From contig JACPJC010000006.1 in NCBI GenBank assembly GCA_016187745.1, forward strand, positions 1 through 64,000: a stretch of 64,000 nt of DNA, given 5' to 3'. This stretch comes from Candidatus Iainarchaeum sp. (GTDB taxonomy: Archaea > Iainarchaeota > Iainarchaeia > Iainarchaeales > JAXPJC01). Positions 33,031 to 42,524 of the stretch are shown here, in pieces. Position 1 is the first letter of the stretch, and every line of letters starts with the position of its first letter. The notes beneath the pieces are model-generated. The model saw only the letters and a program-made list of their open reading frames with translations, made no database searches and had not been told where the DNA came from. The translations under genes were made by a program, and so were the position numbers.

Positions 33031-35777
33031 GGAAGACTGCAGCAACCTTTTTGTTTGTGTTGCTGGCAATTAGCTTTGCTTATGCCATAGATTTCAATAT
33101 TTTTTACATTGACGGCAATGCGGATAATGGCGGCTTGCCTGCTTTTTCATTTGTGAGAGACGGCAATCTTAGGATAGATTTGAATGTAAGGGACAATAAC
33201 TATGGTATATTACTTTTGGATTTAAATTATTCAACATCAAGATATACGTACGGAACGCCAATTGTTGATGATTTGAACCTCAACTCTTATGCAGGCTGCC
33301 AGGACAATAATTTCATTGATTCAACCCGATGCTCAGTGTATTTTGATATAGGCGCAATTGCAGACGGAAACTATTTTATAAGCGGTGCGGCAAGGGACAC
33401 TTTTGGGGGCGCAGGGTCTTTTGCCTATGATATTTCAGACAACAACTTCATGGTTGACAATACTGTTCCAATAACAACAGATGACGCAAATGCCGGATGG
33501 CAGAATTTTAATGCAAATGTAAGAATAACCTGCAATGATGGAAACGGCTCAAGCTGTACAATATGGGGAAGTGCTCTTAATTATTATAGGAAAGATACTG
33601 ATCTTTCAGCAGCGGTTTCATATGGGGCATGGCAAATATATAACTTATCCCCCATACCATTCACCGCGGACGGAAACTGGGCTTTGGACTATTACACAAT
33701 AGATAGGGCTGGAAATGCGGAAACAATAAAAACCACTTATGTGCTAATAGACAAAACATCCCCGGATATAAATATTGTCCAGCCTGCCGGAAACAGCACT
33801 TCAAGCAATCTCCTGTGGTTTGAGGTAAGCAAAGGATATGGCTCTGACATCAATGCAAATACAATAAAAGCAGACATAAATGGTGTAGCAAGCGACCTCA
33901 ATTTCTCACAACATTGTGTAGAAACAGGCGAAGGATACAAATGCTCATGGGCAGAATCAAGCCTTGCTTCGGGAAATGATTACAACTTGGCTGTTTTTGC
34001 AAAAGACAATGTTGAATGGAGAGCAACAGCACAAAGGGTATTTACATATACAATTCCTGCGCCGGGCTCGTTGCCTGACATAAACATTAACTATATTGAC
34101 GGCCATGCAGACAGTAATGCCTTGCCTACCTTCTCATATGCGAGAGATGGCTTAATCACCATAGATTTCAATGTTGCAGATGTAACACCTGCCTCGTTTA
34201 TTTTGGACATGAATTACTCCACTTCAAATGTAAATGGAACTGGCGCTGCAATAGCTGATGATTTGAACCTTGACTCCTATGCGGGATGCGATGACACAAA
34301 CTTCTTGGATTCAACGCACTGCAGCATTGATTGGAATGCAATGGGCATTGCTGACGGGAATTACTATATTCTTGTATCACTGAGAAGCAGCCCGGATACT
34401 GCAATTGAATCATCCGATAATAATTTCTTAATTGACAACACAAAACCGGTTATTGCATTTACTTTGCCCGCGTCCGGAGAAATGATCACAAATACATTTA
34501 CAGTTAAATTTGATATAAATGATTCTGGCGGAAGCGGAGTGGACGGCGATAATGTTTTCTTTGATACAAATGCCACAGATATAAATACTGCAATTGTGAT
34601 TGGAAGCGGCTCATGGGATATGAATTATATTGCTACATATACGGTCTCAAATGTTCCGGATGGTGATTATAATGTAACAATACGTGCAGTGGATAAGGCT
34701 GGAAACCAGGCTGATCAGAACACTGCATTAATTCATTATGACACAAATGCCCCAAGCGTAAGCATTGAGTCTGTTTCAACAAGTTCGGATTCTGCAACAA
34801 TAACCTATTCGGGCTTTGATTCCGGCTCTGGAATCAAGGAGTACTGGATTAGGCTTGATTATGAAGAATCCCTAAGTGGAAGCTGGGAGAGTAATGGAAC
34901 TGCAACAAGCAAAACCTATAGCGGCTTGAGCGCAGGCTCATACACCTTCTATTTAAAAGCAACTGATTATGCTGATTCAAACAGCCCTGATGCCAATACC
35001 AATTTCACTATAAGCGCCAGCAATGGAGGGAACCCCGGAGGGGGGCCTGGTGGAGGTCCAGGCGGAGGCCCCAGCCCGCCCACCCCGACTCTGCAGTGCA
35101 CTGATACAGACAACAGCGATGATTTATTCGCTTTTGGATACGCCTATGCAAAAAGAGGGAATTCGCCAATGACGCTTTTGCAGCTGGATAAGTGCTCGGA
35201 CAAGGACAACCCAAATGAAATGAAATATGATATCATAGAGGCAATATGCATACACGAGCAGCCGAAAGGCGCTCCAAGAAATTGCCCGGAGAATTATCAT
35301 TGCGGAACATCCCCACAAACCATAAATGACACAGCATATCTGCTTGCTGCATGCGTGCCTGATGAAAATGCAGAAGAGGCAGGCGAAGAGGGGCCGTTTG
35401 AAAGCTTCAGCGAGCAGGTGGCTGAAAAACTTGCAGAACTGAGGGAAAATTTAAGTGAAAAACTGGCTGAATTTATGGAAGGCAATCCTATCATAAGCGG
35501 CCTGGTTTCGCTTGTTCTGGAAAAGAGGGCAATAGCCTCGGAAAGGGAGAGGGTAATAAGGAACTTTAATGTAAGTGATGCTGAGATAGTGGAGGGGGTT
35601 GAAGAAATTGCCTCGGAAGAAATCAATTTGGAGCAGTTTGAATCTGAGCTAAAGCTTTTCTCGGGGCACTTCAAAAAGCACCTTTATCTCGCGCTGAAGG
35701 ACGGCTCAGAAGAAGAAAAAAAATTGCTTTACAAACAGATAAAAAGCTATCTAAGCGAGGTAGAAAGGGAGTCATGA
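33006..35777 (+). CDS. Large secreted Ig-like repeat surface protein
   Basis: Signal peptide; D.AGN Ig motifs; duplicated ~120-aa domain; Gly/Pro linker; Cys-rich module. Confidence 0.8.
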   Translation: MEKVVFGHWKTAATFLFVLLAISFAYAIDFNIFYIDGNADNGGLPAFSFVRDGNLRIDLNVRDNNYGILLLDLNYSTSRYTYGTPIVDDLNLNSYAGCQDNNFIDSTRCSVYFDIGAIADGNYFISGAARDTFGGAGSFAYDISDNNFMVDNTVPITTDDANAGWQNFNANVRITCNDGNGSSCTIWGSALNYYRKDTDLSAAVSYGAWQIYNLSPIPFTADGNWALDYYTIDRAGNAETIKTTYVLIDKTSPDINIVQPAGNSTSSNLLWFEVSKGYGSDINANTIKADINGVASDLNFSQHCVETGEGYKCSWAESSLASGNDYNLAVFAKDNVEWRATAQRVFTYTIPAPGSLPDININYIDGHADSNALPTFSYARDGLITIDFNVADVTPASFILDMNYSTSNVNGTGAAIADDLNLDSYAGCDDTNFLDSTHCSIDWNAMGIADGNYYILVSLRSSPDTAIESSDNNFLIDNTKPVIAFTLPASGEMITNTFTVKFDINDSGGSGVDGDNVFFDTNATDINTAIVIGSGSWDMNYIATYTVSNVPDGDYNVTIRAVDKAGNQADQNTALIHYDTNAPSVSIESVSTSSDSATITYSGFDSGSGIKEYWIRLDYEESLSGSWESNGTATSKTYSGLSAGSYTFYLKATDYADSNSPDANTNFTISASNGGNPGGGPGGGPGGGPSPPTPTLQCTDTDNSDDLFAFGYAYAKRGNSPMTLLQLDKCSDKDNPNEMKYDIIEAICIHEQPKGAPRNCPENYHCGTSPQTINDTAYLLAACVPDENAEEAGEEGPFESFSEQVAEKLAELRENLSEKLAEFMEGNPIISGLVSLVLEKRAIASERERVIRNFNVSDAEIVEGVEEIASEEINLEQFESELKLFSGHFKKHLYLALKDGSEEEKKLLYKQIKSYLSEVERES

Positions 35778-35856
35778 ATTAACTCTGTTCAATGAAAAAG
35801 TTTTTATAAACAACTTAAAGTAATAATATATGGCACATATGGGGTGAGGGAAAGAA

Positions 35857-36711
35857 ATGAATCTGGCTAAATGCTGTTCAATCCTGTTCATAGTATTATA
35901 CATAATGGGAAGTGCACTTGCGGTTTCTGCAGATTATGATGTGAAAATATCTGAAAATGGCAATTCTCTTGTTATAATTAATATTTCAGGAAAGGACTGC
36001 TTTGATCTGCCATTGCCATTGGATGTTGCCGAGCCGAATGTAACTGGCGCCTTGTATGTATATTCAGAAAAGGGAGTTGAAGTGTGCATTGGCTCTACTG
36101 AAAGCGCGATAATTGTTTACAGGTCTGCACTGCTTACAGAGAAGACAGGGGGCTGGACATTCAAAATGGATTTGCCAGCTCTTGAAAAAGCATCTGCAAA
36201 GATCAATTTTCCGCAGAATGCCATTGTCACAAAAACAACCCCTTCTGCAAAAATTTGGCAGGCAGATGGCGCAAAATATGCAATTTACAATATCGGAAAT
36301 GCAACTTCAATAGAGGCAAAATACAAATTTGGAACTGCTGAAACTCCCGCCGCTGCAACTACCGGGTTTTACTTCCTTGCTCAAAACTATGGGCTCTACG
36401 GCATCCTGCTGCTTGTTGTAATAGCTGCTGCCCTTTCATACTTCTTTTATTTCAGCAAGAAGCTGGCAAAAATAACTCCGGGGCAGGAAAATGTTGCCAA
36501 AACCCTTACAGAGAATGAGGCAAAGGTTGTCAAAATGCTTCTTGAGAATAAAGGCAGCATTAAAAGAAACCAGCTTGAAAGGAGTTCCGAGCTTGCAAAG
36601 TCAAGCCTTGCTGCTGTGCTCTACAACCTTGAGAACAAGAATATTGTCGGGGTTGACAAGAGCAATACCGTGCATCATGTAAAACTGAGCGATTGGTTCA
36701 AAGGGCTTTAA
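35857..36711 (+). CDS. Membrane-spanning protein with C-terminal winged HTH (putative one-component regulator)
   Basis: Signal peptide, extracellular beta domain, TM helix, then LTENE..VV..L....G......L.......KSSL...L..LE.K. Confidence 0.75.
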   Translation: MNLAKCCSILFIVLYIMGSALAVSADYDVKISENGNSLVIINISGKDCFDLPLPLDVAEPNVTGALYVYSEKGVEVCIGSTESAIIVYRSALLTEKTGGWTFKMDLPALEKASAKINFPQNAIVTKTTPSAKIWQADGAKYAIYNIGNATSIEAKYKFGTAETPAAATTGFYFLAQNYGLYGILLLVVIAAALSYFFYFSKKLAKITPGQENVAKTLTENEAKVVKMLLENKGSIKRNQLERSSELAKSSLAAVLYNLENKNIVGVDKSNTVHHVKLSDWFKGL

Positions 36712-36757
36712 ACTGCTTTTTAATTATTTTGTTCTATTTTATCTATTGGTTTTTAGC

Positions 36758-38191
36758 ATGCAAACCTATAATAAAATTTCAGAGGGGATTTATGAAATTC
36801 CCAAGGATGCAGGGATGAAACTTCCCGCGCGCATTTATGCTACAGAGAAGCTGCTGAATGCAATTGAGAATGGCGCAATTCAGCAGCTGAAGAATGTTGC
36901 CTCTCTCCCTGGAGTGCAGAAATATGCAATTGGGGAAGCGGACATGCACTGGGGCTATGGGTTTCCCATTGGCGGGGTGGCGGGGATGAGTGTTGATGGG
37001 GGAGTTGTAAGCCCTGGCGGAGTTGGTTTTGACGTAAACTGCGGCGTCAGGCTGATAAAAACAAACATGGTTCTTTCTGATGTTAAGGGAAAGCTGCGCG
37101 AACTGCTGGATGTGCTTTTCAGGGAGATTCCTTCAGGATTGGGAAGCAAGGGAAAGCTGCGCCTGCAATCCGGGGAGCTGCGCGAGGCAATTGAGCAGGG
37201 CGCAAAATGGGCCGTCGGGAAGGGCTATGGGGCTGAAAAAGATTTGCAGTGCATTGAGGAATACGGCTGCATGAAGCAGGCAGATTCGGCAAAAGTCAGC
37301 GCGAGCGCGCTGCAGAGGGGCATGCCCCAATTTGGAACGCTCGGGAGCGGAAATCACTTCCTTGAAATCCAGCTTGTGGACAAGATTTTTGATGCGGAAA
37401 CCGCAAAGGCATTCGGGCTGTTTGAGGACCAAATTGTTGTGATGCTGCATACCGGGAGCAGGGGCTTCGGCCACCAGGTTGCAACGGATTATATTGCAGT
37501 AACGGACAGGGCAATGCAGAAATACGGAATTTCAGTTCCCGACAGGCAATTGGCTTGCGCGCCGATAAATTCGGATGAGGGGCAGGCCTACTTTGCGGCA
37601 ATGTGCTGCGCAGTTAATTACGCGTTCTGCAACCGCCAGGTCATGACCCATTGGATAAGGGAGAGCTTTGCAAAAGTTTTGGGAAATCCCTGGGAGGATT
37701 TGGGGATGGGGCTGCTTTATGACATCTGCCACAATGTTGCGAAACTGGAGGAGCATGAGGTTGAAGGGAAAATGAAGGAATTGCTGGTGCATAGGAAGGG
37801 CGCAACGCGCGCATTCCCTGCGGGGAGAAAGGAAAATCCTGAAATTTATGCAAAAACAGGCCATCCCGCAATAATTCCCGGGAGCATGGGAACAGCAAGC
37901 TATATCTGCGTTGGAACGCAGAAGGGATTGCAGGAAACTTTCGGAAGCGTTGCGCATGGCGCCGGGAGGGTGATGAGCAGGACTTCCGCAACAAGGCAGA
38001 GGCGGGGGGAAGAGGTGAAAAAGGCGCTTGAGGAAAAGGGCGAATTTGTAAGGGGCGCATCTGCCGAGGGATTGGCGGAGGAAGCGCCTGAGGCATACAA
38101 GGACATTGATGAGGTTGCGCTTTCAATTGAGCTGAGCGGAATCGGGAAGAAAGTCAGCAGGCATGTTCCGCTTGCGGTAATGAAGGGGTAG
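36758..38191 (+). CDS. rtcB: RNA-splicing ligase RtcB
   Basis: D.H.GYGFPIG, GFDVNCG, GSGNHF, HNVAK, HRKGAT, HGAGR, EEAP.AYKD. Confidence 0.96.
   Translation: MQTYNKISEGIYEIPKDAGMKLPARIYATEKLLNAIENGAIQQLKNVASLPGVQKYAIGEADMHWGYGFPIGGVAGMSVDGGVVSPGGVGFDVNCGVRLIKTNMVLSDVKGKLRELLDVLFREIPSGLGSKGKLRLQSGELREAIEQGAKWAVGKGYGAEKDLQCIEEYGCMKQADSAKVSASALQRGMPQFGTLGSGNHFLEIQLVDKIFDAETAKAFGLFEDQIVVMLHTGSRGFGHQVATDYIAVTDRAMQKYGISVPDRQLACAPINSDEGQAYFAAMCCAVNYAFCNRQVMTHWIRESFAKVLGNPWEDLGMGLLYDICHNVAKLEEHEVEGKMKELLVHRKGATRAFPAGRKENPEIYAKTGHPAIIPGSMGTASYICVGTQKGLQETFGSVAHGAGRVMSRTSATRQRRGEEVKKALEEKGEFVRGASAEGLAEEAPEAYKDIDEVALSIELSGIGKKVSRHVPLAVMKG
38151..38187 (+). repeat. Direct repeat copy 1 (rtcB 3' end)
   Basis: aagtcagcaggcatgttccgcttgcGgtaatgaaggg; 36/37 identical to 38776-38812. 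Confidence 0.9.
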
Positions 38192-38250
38192 TTTTTTAAT
38201 GTCTATTGTCTATAATATACTATAGGAAGTTATAGAATAGGAGGATTATT

Positions 38251-38499
38251 ATGACTCATTTGACAACAATCCAATTGGACAAGTCTACAAAAAATCAGCT
38301 TGACAAGTTGAAGGAATACAAAAGAGAGACCTATGACGAGGTAGTGAAAAATCTGGTTGAGGTTGCTGAAATTCTAAAAAAAGAGCCCGAATTAAAAGAA
38401 GAAGTGTTGGAAGAAATTGCTGAAGCGAGAAAACATATCAGAATGGGCAAAGGACTGACAACTAAACAGCTAATTGCTGAGCTGGGCATAAAAATATGA
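38251..38499 (+). CDS. RelB-like antitoxin
   Basis: TTIQL...ETYDEVV...GKG...LG; homolog of 10907..11125. Confidence 0.8.
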   Translation: MTHLTTIQLDKSTKNQLDKLKEYKRETYDEVVKNLVEVAEILKKEPELKEEVLEEIAEARKHIRMGKGLTTKQLIAELGIKI

Positions 38500-38759
38500 C
38501 ATATTCTGTAATCTGGTCGCCCAAAAGCAAAGAGAAACTCGAGAAATTTGAAAAGGATGTTGCAGCAAGAATAATCAGGAAGGTTTCAGACATTAGTGAA
38601 AATCCTGAGCCGTATCTTATAAAACTTACTAATTCTGATGCATTTCGCTTAAGAGTCGGGGATTATAGGGTGGTCGTTGACCTGCTGAAAGACAAAAAAG
38701 AACTGCATGTAATTACTCTCGGGCACAGAAGAAACATTTACAAAGAGTTTGGTAGATAG
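38496..38759 (+). CDS. relE: RelE/ParE-family toxin
   Basis: FRLRVGDYRVV...GHRRNIY. Confidence 0.9.
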   Translation: MTYSVIWSPKSKEKLEKFEKDVAARIIRKVSDISENPEPYLIKLTNSDAFRLRVGDYRVVVDLLKDKKELHVITLGHRRNIYKEFGR

Positions 38760-38775
38760 AGATTATAATTGCAAG

Positions 38776-38812
38776 AAGTCAGCAGGCATGTTCCGCTTGC
38801 TGTAATGAAGGG
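38776..38812 (+). repeat. Direct repeat copy 2 (displaced rtcB 3' end)
   Basis: aagtcagcaggcatgttccgcttgcTgtaatgaaggg followed by ataa. Confidence 0.9.
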
Positions 38813-38817
38813 ATAAT

Positions 38818-39276
38818 GTGGATATAAAATATAAAGAAGTAGAAATAATTAGTGAATTTATTGATGCAATTAGACTTCGGGTTGATGTATTTATCATAGA
38901 ACAGGGTTTCAAGCCAGGATGGGAACCGGATGAAGATGATAAAATATCCAGACATTTTATAGCAATGGCTGATGATAAGGTTGTTGCAACAGCCAGATTC
39001 AGGGAAATTGGAAAAAGTGAAATAAAAATTGAAAGGATGGTGACAAAGAAAGAATATCGTGGGAAGGGTATTAGCAGAGGACTTGTTAAATTCATGATTG
39101 AAGAGATAAAAAAACTTAAACCCAAGAAAATATGGCTGAGAAGCCAGGTGCAATCGCAGCCATTTTATGAAAAATGCGGATTTAAAGCTGTTTCTGGGCC
39201 GTTCGATATGTGGGGGGTGCAACATATTGATCTGGAGTATCAAAGCAACAATTCACTAATTCACTATAAACCCTAA
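38818..39276 (+). CDS. GNAT acetyltransferase (ElaA/YjcF-like)
   Basis: LR..VF..EQG, KIER......RGKG, FYEKCGF, H.D. Confidence 0.88.
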   Translation: MDIKYKEVEIISEFIDAIRLRVDVFIIEQGFKPGWEPDEDDKISRHFIAMADDKVVATARFREIGKSEIKIERMVTKKEYRGKGISRGLVKFMIEEIKKLKPKKIWLRSQVQSQPFYEKCGFKAVSGPFDMWGVQHIDLEYQSNNSLIHYKP

Positions 39277-39317
39277 CATTTATATACACTAAGCGCTACA
39301 ATCTATTATTAGATATA

Positions 39318-41204
39318 ATGGCAGGATTTGGGGGAGTCAGGAAGTTTGGGCAGTATGGCGTGATTCTGCTAGTTCTGGTTCTGTTTGGCACTTACGCAAG
39401 CGCAGAGCCTTTCTGCGGGGAAGTAAGTTTTTCAGTTTATCCCATAAGCATAACCTCAGGAACATCAATTGACAGGACGTTTGCGCTGCAGAACAATTCT
39501 GCCGAGGGGTTTTACATTGATGATTTCAATGCCTATGACATTGATGCCGATTTTAATGTGATTAAATTGAGCAATGACTCTTATGCCGGCCCGAATGCAA
39601 CTGCAAGCTTATACATAAATATTTCCGCCTCTTCGGGGGTAAGCTCAAAAACCTCCAGCGCATATGCGAAAGTGAACGGGCATTTTGCCTCAGGGAAGGC
39701 TTGCGATTACAATGCGCTTGGGGAGAAGACCTTTGGAATTACAATTACAGGGGGAATTGTCGCAGTGGATGCGGAATGCACGAAAGTGAAAATTAGCGCG
39801 CATGCGGTAGGCATGGGAGAAAATTCTTCCGTTGCCGAAACATTCACCCTGCAGAACAATTCCTCGCAGAATTTCTATATTGATTCATTCATGGTTGATG
39901 AGAATTCAAATGATGTTTTTGCAATCGAGCAGGGATATGGGGATGTTGCAAATGCGAACGGGACAGCAGACCTGAGCCTGAAGGTTGAGTCCTATTCCAC
40001 AAGCGAAAACAAGACCGCAACAGCGTATGCGAAAGTCGCGGGGCATTTCACCTCCGGAACGCAGTGCAATTCAAATGCGATCGGGGAAACCGGCTTCAGC
40101 ATTTATGTTGCGGGAAGCGCAAGCACAAACTGCAATGATTTCCTGCTGTCAGTCCCTTCAGAAAAAAGGATGCTGAATTCTGCGGAAATTGGGATTGCCG
40201 CTGAAAATCCTACTCAGAGCTCAGCCACAATAACAATTTCAGGAGGCAATATCGGGGTGAATCAGAGCACCGTAAGCGTGCCTGCGGGGGAAACAATAAG
40301 CAAAACGCTCACGCTCAGCAATCTTGAGGGGGATGAGGCATGGCTTGCTTATGATGTTATATTGGAGAACTGCAATATCCCTTCAGGAATCACGCACATA
40401 GTGAAGGGCGCGGATTACGTTGAAGTTGCACATTACAATTCCGCAGTTGAGATTGAGGATGAGGCTAATGTGAAAGTGGAACTGAAAAACAATTCCCCGG
40501 ACGCAAAGCAGTTTGCGCTTGCAATAACAGGATTGCCCGCGGATTGGGAAGTGCAGTATCTGCAGGGCTCGCTGGAAGGGGAGGAAACGCGCGCAGTTGT
40601 TTTGGGGGTTAGGCAGAAGAATGCCGTTTTCGGGAATTCCTATGCCGCAAAGCTTGTCCTGAGCTATGATTCAGCGCAGGTTGAGAGGGATATTGAATTC
40701 AGCGCGATGCGCTCAGGGCAGATTGAGAATGCAAGCATACAGACAAGCGTTGTGCAGAAGGACGATGAAAAGGGCAGCTACGAGGTAAGTGTTGTAGTTG
40801 AAAATGGTTCAGCAAGCGGAATTTCAGGCGCAATAGAAATTGAAGTTCCGGGAAACTGGGAAGTGGAAGGCGCAAAGGAGATTGCTGTTCCCGCAGGAGG
40901 GGCCGCGCAGACAACACTGACTGTAATTCCTGACAAGGCGCAGAAGGCAGGGGAAATAGGAAGCGTCAGTTTTGTTGCGAGGGATGGGAGGAAACTTGAG
41001 GAATTTGTGAGCTTCACCCCAAAAGGGGTTGCGGCATCCGTAGCATTTGCGGCATTTGCAACAAATGCTGTGTTTTTCGGCTTCATTGCAATCATTGTAG
41101 TTGCAATCATCTTCGTTCACAGGGGCAGGATTTCAGGAACAAGGAGGGAAAGCGTGGAATGGCCCTATAATTGGGGGAAAGAAGCCGGAGAAAAACCTTT
41201 TTAA
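39318..41204 (+). CDS. Surface glycoprotein with Ig-like (NEW3-like) domains and C-terminal TM anchor
   Basis: Signal peptide; duplicated FxLQNNS...FYID.F...AYAKV.GHF.SG..C domain; many N-x-S/T; C-terminal TM. Confidence 0.8.
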   Translation: MAGFGGVRKFGQYGVILLVLVLFGTYASAEPFCGEVSFSVYPISITSGTSIDRTFALQNNSAEGFYIDDFNAYDIDADFNVIKLSNDSYAGPNATASLYINISASSGVSSKTSSAYAKVNGHFASGKACDYNALGEKTFGITITGGIVAVDAECTKVKISAHAVGMGENSSVAETFTLQNNSSQNFYIDSFMVDENSNDVFAIEQGYGDVANANGTADLSLKVESYSTSENKTATAYAKVAGHFTSGTQCNSNAIGETGFSIYVAGSASTNCNDFLLSVPSEKRMLNSAEIGIAAENPTQSSATITISGGNIGVNQSTVSVPAGETISKTLTLSNLEGDEAWLAYDVILENCNIPSGITHIVKGADYVEVAHYNSAVEIEDEANVKVELKNNSPDAKQFALAITGLPADWEVQYLQGSLEGEETRAVVLGVRQKNAVFGNSYAAKLVLSYDSAQVERDIEFSAMRSGQIENASIQTSVVQKDDEKGSYEVSVVVENGSASGISGAIEIEVPGNWEVEGAKEIAVPAGGAAQTTLTVIPDKAQKAGEIGSVSFVARDGRKLEEFVSFTPKGVAASVAFAAFATNAVFFGFIAIIVVAIIFVHRGRISGTRRESVEWPYNWGKEAGEKPF

Positions 41205-41315
41205 ACCCTTTTCATCGCTTATATTATATAATATTATTGTAAACTGTATCCCTCGCGAACCGCACGGGATATAACTACAAAAAACACACGTTTTTTGTTT
41301 TTGAAAATGCAGCAG

Positions 41316-41346
41316 GGAAGGTATCGGAAACGCAGTTTCTGATTGT
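41316..41346 (+). repeat. Dispersed 31-bp hairpin repeat (family B)
   Basis: ggaaggtatcggaaacgcagtttctgattgt is the exact reverse complement of 58951-58981. Confidence 0.85.
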
Positions 41347-41387
41347 GCTGTGCTGCAATGCAGTTTATATTAGCCTGGTGAATCTGA

Positions 41388-42506
41388 GTGACAAAGAAGC
41401 ATAAGCCAAGAAGCGGAAGCTTGCAATTCTACCCCAGAGTGCGCTCTGCAAAGCCTGTCGCAAATTTCACAACATTCCCGAAAATAACGGATGGCGCATC
41501 AAAGCCCATGAGCTTTTTCGGATACAAGGCCGGAATGCTGCATGTGATGGCGAAGGATTTGTATGACAAGTCCGCAACTTACGGGCATGAGCTGAGAATT
41601 CCCGCAACAATAGTTGAGGCGCCCCCCATGAAGGTTTTCGGAATCCGCGCATACGGGGATTCCTCAAAGGGAAAATATGCGCTTACTGAAATAATTGCCG
41701 AGAAATTTGACAAGCATCTGGGTAAGAGGATAAAAAACTTAAAGGGAAACGGCGATTTCGGGAAGATTGAAAAATTAAGGGACAGGGTTGTTGAAATAAG
41801 GCTTATTGCGCATGCGCAGCCGCACCTGACGGGAATAGGGAAAAAAATGCCCGAGGTAATGGAAATTGCGCTTTCGGGGGATGTGAATGCGCAGACGGAC
41901 TATGCTAAAAATATTCTGGGGAAAGAAATTTCAGCGAAGGATGTTTTTTCTGACAATGAGATTGTGGATGCGAGGGCCGTAACATTGGGAAAGGGATTCC
42001 AGGGCGTTGTGAAGCGCTTTGGTGTAAGAACATTGCGCAGAAAATCAAAGAAGGAAAGGATGGTTGGAAGCATAGGGCCATGGAACCCGAGCCTTGTGAT
42101 GTGGACCGTTGCCCGCGCTGGACAAATGGGCTATCACGCAAGGGCGGAATACAACAAGCGCATACTTAAGATTTTTGAGAATCCCGCGGAGCTGAATCCG
42201 AGCTCGGGGCTTGAGGGCTATGGGACATTGAGGGGCACTGCAATTCTTGTCGCCGGCTCGCTGCCGGGGCACATAAAAAGGATTGTCGCGCTGCGCAAGG
42301 CGATAAGGAAGCCGCACATTGAAAGGAAATTGAGCGAAATTACATTCATATCAACAAGGCCTGAAATTGCAAAAACTTCTGAAGAGGAAGCCGCAGTGCA
42401 TAAGGTAAGGGCTGAAAAGAAAGTTGAGAAGGAAGAGAAAAGCGTGAAGGATGAGATTGCAATGGCAGTAAAGGGGGAGAAGGAAAAGAAGGAAAAGGAG
42501 AAGTAA
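41388..42506 (+). CDS. rpl3: 50S ribosomal protein L3
   Basis: PR.GSL.FYPR.R, GYKAGM, GKGFQG.VKR.G, AGQMGYH. Confidence 0.97.
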   Translation: MTKKHKPRSGSLQFYPRVRSAKPVANFTTFPKITDGASKPMSFFGYKAGMLHVMAKDLYDKSATYGHELRIPATIVEAPPMKVFGIRAYGDSSKGKYALTEIIAEKFDKHLGKRIKNLKGNGDFGKIEKLRDRVVEIRLIAHAQPHLTGIGKKMPEVMEIALSGDVNAQTDYAKNILGKEISAKDVFSDNEIVDARAVTLGKGFQGVVKRFGVRTLRRKSKKERMVGSIGPWNPSLVMWTVARAGQMGYHARAEYNKRILKIFENPAELNPSSGLEGYGTLRGTAILVAGSLPGHIKRIVALRKAIRKPHIERKLSEITFISTRPEIAKTSEEEAAVHKVRAEKKVEKEEKSVKDEIAMAVKGEKEKKEKEK

Positions 42507-42524
42507 AAGCGGGAAATGATTTTT

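Noticed and set aside
35026-35090. GGPGG repeat
   Set aside because: Ordinary Gly/Pro linker of a surface protein
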